DNA of 32,589 nucleotides, taken from IMG/VR virus record IMGVR_UViG_3300037466_003234. One strand, written 5' to 3'. Below the pieces are notes generated by a model. It did no database searches. It was not told the origin of the DNA and worked only from the letters and a program-made list of their open reading frames with translations. This document shows, piece by piece, positions 24,689 through 32,300 of the stretch (position 1 is the stretch's first letter; every line of letters starts with the position of its first letter). This stretch comes from a virus. Its lineage: Duplodnaviria > Heunggongvirae > Uroviricota > Caudoviricetes. Position numbers and translations under genes: made by a program.

Positions 24689-24770
24689 TTAAGAGATGTA
24701 GGTGCCTGCGCAGATCGGGGTCGGCAGGCCGTAAGCAAAGCGTTCGCAACGTGAGGCCTACCTCTCTTAA
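24689..24770. ncRNA. Candidate structured RNA (multi-stem), strand unknown
   Basis: TTAAGAGA-T-GTAGGT pairs with GCCTAC-C-TCTCTTAA; inner stems GCCTGC/GCAGGC and GCGTT-CGC-AACGT; GC-rich island in an AT-rich intergenic gap. Confidence 0.6.
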
Positions 24771-24793
24771 TTAACAAGGGATTGGTTTATCGT

Positions 24794-26002
24794 ATGGTTG
24801 AGAAGTTCACAGATATCGAATTAGCGTTCATTACCTCACTCAAAGAAGAAGCTGCTTTGGAGTGGGCCGATATTACCGAGAGATATAATAAAAAGTTTAA
24901 GAAAGACAGAAGCCTTGAGTCCGTCAAGAAAGGCTACCAACGTAATCGCGACCGCGTTAATACGCCGGACGGATTCGTTAAGTTGATGAGCGATACCGCT
25001 CGTACTCGTAAGGCTAACGGCGCTAATGCTCGTGACCTTAAGACCGTACTTGAAGCTTGGGAAAACCGCGAAGACATCTTGGACGCCATCAAGGCAGCCT
25101 CAAAAGGCATCGCTAAGGTCACCGTAAAGCCCGTAAAATTGCCTAAGCCGAGCAAAAATCGTAAGGGTATGACCCTAGAGCTTCTCATCTCGGACGTTCA
25201 CGTTGGAAAGCTCACCAGCAGCTTTAACCATGAAGTCTTGAAGCGCCGCCTAAAGCAGGTCTCCGATACGGTTGTTAAGGAAATTCAACGCGCTCACCGT
25301 GACTATAAAGTGGAAAAGATCATCATCGCTATGCTTGGCGACATGATCGAATCGGCCACCATGCACGGCCCAGAAAGCGCCAAGGGTTGTGAATTCGGCA
25401 ACTCTCGCCAGATCGAAGAGTGCCAAAAACAGCTTTTCCACCTCCTTTTGCTCCCTATCTTTGGGATCGCAAAGCAAATTAACGCTCAAGTCGATTGTAT
25501 CGGTGTTCCAGGCAACCATGACCGCACCGAAGAGCATCGCACGATGAGCAATCCGGGCGAACACAATGTAACCTGGATCATTTACAATTCCCTAAAAGAA
25601 TTCACCTCTTTGGCAGGATTCAAGAACGTTAATTGGTTCATTCCAGTAGACCCTTATCATCTCCATGATATTTATGGGGAAGGAGTGCTTTATGAGCACT
25701 ATGATAATGTAAAGGGTAGTAACCAACGTGCAGGAATTGAACACTTGCTATCAAGAAGAATTAACCAGTTAAAGAAACCGATCGTATTTATCCGTGGCGG
25801 CCACTTCCATGAACCACAAGAAGCCGGCATTGGTAAAATCGTAATTAACGGTAACGTTCCTGGTAACGATGGATTTAGTACAACCCTAGGTTTTGATTGC
25901 GAACCCTCTCAAACCCTTAATTTCTATATCGAAAGAGAGAAGACGGACTCTATTAAGAGACAAACAAGCTTTTATAAGAGATTCCTAATCCAGCTCGATT
26001 AA
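24794..26002 (+). CDS. Calcineurin-like metallophosphoesterase with N-terminal Myb/HTH-like domain
   Basis: ISDVHVG, LGDMIE, PGNHDR, YEHYD, GGHFHE; N-terminal FTDIEL...EWADITERYNKKFKKDRSLESVKK. Confidence 0.8.
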   Translation: MVEKFTDIELAFITSLKEEAALEWADITERYNKKFKKDRSLESVKKGYQRNRDRVNTPDGFVKLMSDTARTRKANGANARDLKTVLEAWENREDILDAIKAASKGIAKVTVKPVKLPKPSKNRKGMTLELLISDVHVGKLTSSFNHEVLKRRLKQVSDTVVKEIQRAHRDYKVEKIIIAMLGDMIESATMHGPESAKGCEFGNSRQIEECQKQLFHLLLLPIFGIAKQINAQVDCIGVPGNHDRTEEHRTMSNPGEHNVTWIIYNSLKEFTSLAGFKNVNWFIPVDPYHLHDIYGEGVLYEHYDNVKGSNQRAGIEHLLSRRINQLKKPIVFIRGGHFHEPQEAGIGKIVINGNVPGNDGFSTTLGFDCEPSQTLNFYIEREKTDSIKRQTSFYKRFLIQLD

Positions 26003-26009
26003 TTGTGGA

Positions 26010-26399
26010 GTGGACGTGAGCAGGCAACAAGAGTTAGACAGACTAGATAGAGCGATCAAAGATGCAGACATGAGGCTCAAGTCGATTAAGAACAGTCTGG
26101 AAGTGATTGATAAGGAAATTAATCAATTAACTGCCTTAGAATCAGATCTTGAACAGAACTTAGCGATTTTAAAGAAAAGACGAATTACTGTATTGGCTAC
26201 CGAATATCGCAAAGCTAGGCAGGAATTGGAGCGATCCAAGGCTAAGCTAGCGATGTTAAAGGTTAATCGTAATAACGCCCAGTCTGCTCTTGAAGAGATG
26301 GAAAAGTTTCTTGCTCAGTCCAAAGAGAACTACGCAAAGATCCTTAAAGAAGCCAGTAACAATGTCCTTAAGGGCAAGTTTGGGAAAAAAGATGGCTGA
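26010..26399 (+). CDS. Coiled-coil hypothetical protein
   Basis: GGAG SD, GTG start, continuous heptads. Confidence 0.7.
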   Translation: MDVSRQQELDRLDRAIKDADMRLKSIKNSLEVIDKEINQLTALESDLEQNLAILKKRRITVLATEYRKARQELERSKAKLAMLKVNRNNAQSALEEMEKFLAQSKENYAKILKEASNNVLKGKFGKKDG

Positions 26400-26610
26400 T
26401 AAAGAAGATCTCCAAAAAAGAGTCAGGGAAGAAGAGGACTACATCCGTTGCTCTAAGTTCTCGAATTCCTTGACCAAATTCGTAGCAAAGAACTCTGAAG
26501 GCGTGGACGATTCCACGATCGCCCGCCTTCTTCTTATGGAAGAATCAGAAGTTACTAGGATCTATCAAGAGGCTGTCGTCCAGCTTCGCGAAGGATTGTC
26601 TGAAGAGTAA
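26392..26610 (+). CDS. Stand-alone sigma70 region 4.2-like HTH protein, 72 aa
   Basis: True start ATG 26392; IARLLLMEESEVTRIYQEAVVQLR aligns ungapped with RpoD VGKQFDVTRERIRQIEAKALRKLR. Confidence 0.65.
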   Translation: MADKEDLQKRVREEEDYIRCSKFSNSLTKFVAKNSEGVDDSTIARLLLMEESEVTRIYQEAVVQLREGLSEE

Positions 26611-26623
26611 CTTTATTTTCTTA

Positions 26624-26652
26624 TTGCCTTAATTTCATATCTCCTGCAATAT
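26624..26652 (+). promoter_or_regulatory. Promoter TTGCCT-N17-CAATAT, leaderless rnhA transcript
   Basis: ATG 26659 is 6 nt after the -10; the upstream block is shared with 451-483. Confidence 0.55.
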
Positions 26653-26664
26653 GGAGATATGAAA
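26633..26664 (+). promoter_or_regulatory. 12-bp hairpin sequestering the rnhA start codon
   Basis: TTTCATATCTCC-(TGCAATAT)-GGAGATATGAAA, perfect pairing. Confidence 0.8.
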
Positions 26665-27306
26665 ATTGAGGTCTTTACTGATGGGTCAGCTACGGTTCCA
26701 ACAAAGCCAGGCGGATGGGCATACGTCCTAGTAATTGACGATGAGAAGCACGCAGAGTGCTCTGGACATGCCGAAGGCGCATCTAATAACGATATGGAGC
26801 TTGAGGCTGCCATTCAAGGACTTGCCGCAGCGCTTAACTACATCGTTGACAACAATGGTCTAGGCACTTTCGCCTCTCTCACTCCCCCCAAGGTTTATCT
26901 CTGCTCGGACAGTCAACTCGTTCTCGGCTGGGCTGATGGCACTTATAGATTCAAACAGCCTCAAGAGGAAAAGAAGGCTAAATATAAAACCCTGGTCGAA
27001 CTGGTAAGACGTATGAAGGTGGAGACCAAATGGATCAAGGGTCATTCGGGCCACGAGCATAATGAGCGCTGCGATAAGCTCGCCAACGAAGCTCGTACAG
27101 GCATTACTAAGAAGAATGAAATGGACGAGGCCAAAGCTCGGGGAGAGACGTTAATTGGCACCAAGAAGTCCGGCACCATGTGCGTTTGGTATAAAGGCAA
27201 GCTTAAGGTTGTCGATCTTGAAACCAATATTGTTGAGGACTTCAAGCGCGAAGTTCACGGCAATCGCGGCAGTATGCTCGAAATCAGAGAGGAGAAATCC
27301 AGATGA
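26659..27306 (+). CDS. rnhA: Ribonuclease HI with C-terminal extension
   Basis: VFTDGS, NNDMELEA, CSDSQL, WIKGHSGHEHNERCDKLA. Confidence 0.95.
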   Translation: MKIEVFTDGSATVPTKPGGWAYVLVIDDEKHAECSGHAEGASNNDMELEAAIQGLAAALNYIVDNNGLGTFASLTPPKVYLCSDSQLVLGWADGTYRFKQPQEEKKAKYKTLVELVRRMKVETKWIKGHSGHEHNERCDKLANEARTGITKKNEMDEAKARGETLIGTKKSGTMCVWYKGKLKVVDLETNIVEDFKREVHGNRGSMLEIREEKSR

Positions 27307-27521
27307 ATAAGGACCAGCTTTTTGGGTACATTGTTGGCGGAGCCGTATATCTTTTTATCGGATTTGTAGGGTCGTTGTGGGCTGAAGATCAACGCTATGT
27401 CAGAGGAGCGGGAGAAGGTTTTGCGGCCATGCTTTTTTGGCCAATCTTCTTCGTGTTAGGCACGCTTAGAGGCCTATTCACTTTAACGATCAAGGTCTGT
27501 AAGGGCTTTGAACGCTTTTAA
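27303..27521 (+). CDS. Small membrane protein (2 TM)
   Basis: GAGGAG SD; two hydrophobic stretches. Confidence 0.7.
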   Translation: MNKDQLFGYIVGGAVYLFIGFVGSLWAEDQRYVRGAGEGFAAMLFWPIFFVLGTLRGLFTLTIKVCKGFERF

Positions 27522-27524
27522 CTA

Positions 27525-27553
27525 TTGTGCAAATAAGAAAATAAGGATATTAT
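27525..27553 (+). promoter_or_regulatory. Promoter TTGTGC-N17-TATTAT, leaderless
   Basis: Duplicate of the 21208 cassette; ATG 27560 is 6 nt after the -10. Confidence 0.75.
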
Positions 27554-27559
27554 TAAAAT

Positions 27560-27964
27560 ATGAGTGAAAATAAGACTGTTTTCGAAACCGCTATTGAAAC
27601 CCTTTTGTCCAAAGTAGACACTACTGAAAAGTTCGTAGTCGATCAGGCGCCAGAAGTTTGTCGCCAGCTTATCGCTGAGAAGAAGGTGACGGAAACGATG
27701 GACGCTACCTTTCACACCTTCTTATTTCCTGTTCTTATATATGCTACCCACGCACTTGCGGTGGCCGCTCAAGGAGACTACGAACGCTATAGCGACAAAC
27801 CTCTTCTTTTCTGGCTTTTAGCCACATTTTGTGGAGTTGCAGCCTTTTTTTCCTTTTTGATCCTTTACGGTGCCGTACAATCCCTTTTAACTCTGAAGGT
27901 AGCCCCGAAAGCCTTTCTTCTTCGCGAATTCAAGTCCATGGTCAGTAAGAAGGATGAAGAATAA
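27560..27964 (+). CDS. Membrane protein (2 TM)
   Basis: Hydrophobic segments TFLFPVLIYATHALAVAA and LLFWLLATFCGVAAFFSFLILYGAV. Confidence 0.75.
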   Translation: MSENKTVFETAIETLLSKVDTTEKFVVDQAPEVCRQLIAEKKVTETMDATFHTFLFPVLIYATHALAVAAQGDYERYSDKPLLFWLLATFCGVAAFFSFLILYGAVQSLLTLKVAPKAFLLREFKSMVSKKDEE

Positions 27965-28599
27965 TGAGCCAATTTTACTTAGCATTTGATAGCGAAACTG
28001 GCGGCCTTAACCCTGCCACGGCGGATATCCTTACTTGGTATGGCGCCATCTTAGATGAAGAGCTTAAAATCGTGGAAGATCTTTATTTGAAGCTTAAGCC
28101 AGATGGCGGTAGACTACCCATCGCTGAAGCTGGTGCTCTAAAAGTTAACGGAATTAACATTCAAGAGCATTTGGCCGATCCAGAAACGGTTACCTATTCT
28201 GAAGGTAAGACTAAGATCGTTGCTATGATAAAGCGCCATCTGAAAAAGAATGGTCGTTATAGCAATATCCGCCCATTGGGCCAAAACGTTCAGTTCGATA
28301 TTGATTGGACTAATCACCATTTGATCCCTAAGGATGAGTGGGATTCAATGATCCATTACGCAAAGGTGTGTACGAAAGTCTGTACGGACTTCTTGAAAGA
28401 CTGCGGCTGGTGGCCCAAAGACCTGGGTTCTCTTGGCTCTGTCGTTGACTTCTTGGGTATTCCAAGACGTTCTGCCCACAACGCCAAAGAAGATACGCTC
28501 ATGACTATAGATGTTTACAAGAAAATGCTTGAGATCATGGCATCCAAGAAAAATAACGGTGCAACACAAGACCTTATTTCCCTCTTGGAGGCAGAATGA
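27964..28599 (+). CDS. DEDDh 3'-5' exonuclease (DnaQ/epsilon-like)
   Basis: AFDSETGG (ExoI), GQNVQFD (ExoII), AHNAKED (ExoIII). Confidence 0.9.
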   Translation: MSQFYLAFDSETGGLNPATADILTWYGAILDEELKIVEDLYLKLKPDGGRLPIAEAGALKVNGINIQEHLADPETVTYSEGKTKIVAMIKRHLKKNGRYSNIRPLGQNVQFDIDWTNHHLIPKDEWDSMIHYAKVCTKVCTDFLKDCGWWPKDLGSLGSVVDFLGIPRRSAHNAKEDTLMTIDVYKKMLEIMASKKNNGATQDLISLLEAE

Positions 28600-28841
28600 A
28601 TTCTATAACGATAGATCTAAATTGGACAAAAGGTCCAGTCTATCGCACTCGTATTTTTGCTGGAATGCAAGCTGAAGTTCGCAAGAGAGAAATATTCGAT
28701 TGGACTTTCATGTCTCATTTAAAGTGGGAACTTAAGATCTTTGGCCTTAACGGAGAAGAAATCTGTTTCGGATACGGACGTACTTTAGCTGAAGCTAAAA
28801 GGTATGCCGTAGAAGCCATGAGAAAGAGATGTGTCAAATGA
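28596..28841 (+). CDS. Hypothetical protein
   Basis: ATGA-coupled; C-terminal GYGRTLAEAKRYA. Confidence 0.7.
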   Translation: MNSITIDLNWTKGPVYRTRIFAGMQAEVRKREIFDWTFMSHLKWELKIFGLNGEEICFGYGRTLAEAKRYAVEAMRKRCVK

Positions 28842-29137
28842 GCAAGGTAGTTTCGTTGGCAGATTACAGAATGAAGAGAAAGCCAGAGCTTGAAAACTTC
28901 GAGTATCACGCTCACATTCTTAGCCTGGACAAAATGGAGCTTCTTGAAGAGATGGTTCGTTTTCAAGAGGAGCGCTCAAAGCTTGGCTACCTTAGCGTTG
29001 ACATGATGATCAGAGGCCGCATCCTATTTAAGGCATTGGAAGAGAACGCTGAGACTGAAGAGCTTAGAATCCTCACCCGCTCTTATCGTAGACATCTGGA
29101 CACCGAGCTTCAGCTGCACATGGAGAAAACTAAATGA
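28838..29137 (+). CDS. Hypothetical protein
   Basis: ATG 28838 (MSKVVSLADYR), ATGA-coupled at both ends. Confidence 0.7.
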   Translation: MSKVVSLADYRMKRKPELENFEYHAHILSLDKMELLEEMVRFQEERSKLGYLSVDMMIRGRILFKALEENAETEELRILTRSYRRHLDTELQLHMEKTK

Positions 29138-29316
29138 AAGTCTATCATGTTTATCTTGATAATCAGCGAGAGCCGCATGATTTTGGCCTCTTCTCTACGG
29201 AGGAGAAGGTGCTAGACTTCTTGAGAAGCGTGTGCGCTCCTACTAAGCCCACCTACTCTGGATGGCGCGTCACTCACTACGGTGACTTTATCGTTAAAGA
29301 GGTAGAAGTAAAATGA
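29134..29316 (+). CDS. Small hypothetical protein
   Basis: GGAG SD; ATGA overlap with dnaE. Confidence 0.7.
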   Translation: MKVYHVYLDNQREPHDFGLFSTEEKVLDFLRSVCAPTKPTYSGWRVTHYGDFIVKEVEVK

Positions 29317-32300
29317 TCGTTAGTCCACATTGCCATGCAGAATCGCCGCTAACTGGATCTACCCTTGCCAATCTCGTTAAGAGAGCTAAGGATCTCGGTC
29401 GCACTCACTTCGCCTACACCGACCATGGACATCTGTCGTCGGCTCTTAAGGCTTATACTCTTTCTAAGAAGGCTGGATTGAAGTTCATTCCAGGCCTTGA
29501 AATCTATTTCAAAGACAATAAGTGCCCAATCACCGCCGGAACCAAGGTGGATCGCTGCAAATACTTTACAGCTACGCTCTATTGCCAAGATCAAGAGGCG
29601 TATCAAGAGCTTTGCAAAATCGTAAGTCGCACCGACTTTCCTACGATCGATATTTATGAAGAAAAGCAGCAGGTTTGGGGCTGGGAAGATCTTGAGAGAA
29701 TTGCTAAATTTAATACTCAGATCGTTCTGAGCGGCGTCCATTGCATGGTGGGCAAAACCATGCTCGCGGGATGCCCTGATCTTGGTGAAATGATCTTTAC
29801 GCACCTAAAGAGCATCTTCAAGGATCGCATGTCGGTAGCACTTCTTTGCGAGCCATGGACTAAAAAATATAGCCAAATCGTGGAGGTCATTTCTGGCGAC
29901 CAAAGTATTACGGTACTTGCGTCGGACATCGTTTCTACCGATAAGGCACGTAAGATCAAGGCTATGGACCTTGTTGAGAAGGATCATCACTCCTTCCTAA
30001 AGTCTACCTACAGCAATAATTGCTATAACGAATACAACCTTCCGATCGAAAAGGTGAAGCTTCATAAGGGCTTTCTGCCACTTCCTGGCGGAGACGCTTC
30101 TTTGAAAGTTAACAAGTTCCTGAAGGCGCTTGCAAGTAAGCATGGAGTTAGCGTTCTAGCGACGGACTACGCCTACTATGCAGCCAAGGAAGATAAGATC
30201 GTTCAGACCATGCGTCTGGAAGGAAATAATAAGCTTCAGCCAAACCTTCACATGAAGACCAGGGACGAGATGCTCGACTATCTCTGTGGCCCTATGGGCA
30301 TTGGCCCTGCACAGGCAGAGTTAATTCTTGCCAACACCGACGCTTGGGCATCCAAGTTCGACGGACTTACTTTGAAGTACGACTGGCGCTTGGCCGATAC
30401 AGGGGAGAATCCTCTGAATCAGGTCATGGATATCATCAAACAAAACGGTCGTATGAGATGGGATGACCCTAAGTACGTGGATCGTTTGCGCGAAGAACTT
30501 AACGTTATTGCTAAAAACGGCATTTACGATCTGACCGGCTACTTCCTGCCAATTCGCGATGTCCTCAATTTCTATAAGGAAAACGGATTCTTGACAGGCC
30601 CAGGTCGTGGTTCCGCAGGCGGCGCCCTTCTTTGCTATTTGCTTGGAATTACGCAAATCGATCCTTTTGATTACGATCTTCCGTTCCAGCGCTTCTTTTC
30701 GATGGTTCGTATTAAGCAAAGGAAGCTTCCCGACATCGACGTGGACTTGGAAGACCGCGTCCCTCTAGTCGGCGAGGATGGCCATTCTGGCTATCTTTAC
30801 GGTAGGTACAAAGATAAGGCTGCTCAGATCTCTACGCGCACCACGATCCGCCTTAAATCGGCTATCCTTGACACCAATCGTTATTTTAAGGGTAAGGTCG
30901 AGGAGGAAGTCGCTACCTTCTCTAAAGGCCTCCCAGCGCCTCCTCAAGGCATCAACGATATCAATTTCGTCTTCGGATATGATGACGACGAAGGCCATCA
31001 CGTTCCAGGCCTGATCGAGCTTTCTACCGAGCTTCAGAACTATGCTGAAGAACGCAAGGAAGAGTGGGAGATCGTTAGTCAGGCCATGGGTTTGACTCGC
31101 GCCTTCTCTAAGCACGCCTCAGCATTCGTTCTCTCGGACGTGCCGATTCAAGACGTGGTTCCTACCAAAGATGGGAACGTTGCTCAGTATGAGGCTAAGG
31201 AGTGCGAAGCCGCAGGCCTGATTAAGTACGACTTCCTCGTTATTAAGCAGCTGAAGGATATTCGCGTTTGCCTCGATATTATCAATAAGAAAAATGGGGA
31301 AAAGAATACTGTAGGCTATTTTAACCACAAAGGTAAAAACACCTACGTTTGGAAGCTTCCGCAAGACGACGAAGTCTATAGAAGCATTTGGACCGGACAG
31401 ACTGAAACTTGCTTCCAAATTAACACGAGGTCGATGATTCCATTCGTTATCGACATGTTGCCTGAAAACATGATGGATCTTGCGACCCTCCTCGCCCTTG
31501 TTCGCCCAGGTCCGATGGACTTCATCGATCCTCATTCTGGTCGCAACATGGTCGAAGAATACATGCTTCGTCGCCGTGGAGAGGCTCAGCCTGACATTCA
31601 GGAGCTTGCCGATCTCTTGCCATCGACCTTTGGCATTATCGCCTTTCAGGAGCAGTTAAACATCATCGCTCGTGACCTCGCCGGAATGTCTGCAGAAGAC
31701 GCAGAAGTTCTCCGCGAAAACATGGCGAAAAAGAAGATGGTTGACCTCATGAAGATGAAGCCTATGTTCATGGCAGGCGCCAAGAATAAGGTTTCTGAAG
31801 AAATTGCCGAAGGTATCTGGGAGCGAATGGTCACCTTCGGTCGTTACGGTTTCTCGGTTATTCACGCCGTGGAATACGCCCATGTGACGTTTGCCTGCAT
31901 GTTCTTAAAACACCACTATCCACTAGAGTGGTGGGCAGCGATCCTCACCAATGCGGATGAGAAAGAAATCACCGGCAAGTTCTGGCCATACGTCAAGGAT
32001 ATGGTGCTCCCTCCAGATATTAACTTGTCTGGCGACACCATGGTCGTTGACTATGACAACCAAAAGATTCGCGCAAAGCTCGGCATCGTTCGCGGTATGG
32101 GCGAGGCAACAATCGAGCCTATCGTGTCTGGTCGTCCATATAAAGACATCCAAGACTTCGTCAATAAGGAAGTTGCCGGTCCAGCATTGACCTGTAAGCT
32201 CATCCACGTAGGGATCTTGGATAGCCTTTTCCCTGGCAAAAAGACTCTTCAAGAGAAGCTTAAGGCCTACGCTGACGCCGTGGAAATTAAGGCCTACAAC

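Noticed and set aside
24689-24770. tRNA or HDV-like/theta or hammerhead ribozyme
   Set aside because: There is no cloverleaf, D-arm or CCA end. The GCG-UUCGCAA-CGU segment looks like a P3/L3, but the P1 pairing and the following GG for P1.1 are missing, and there is no CUGAUGA/GAAA core.
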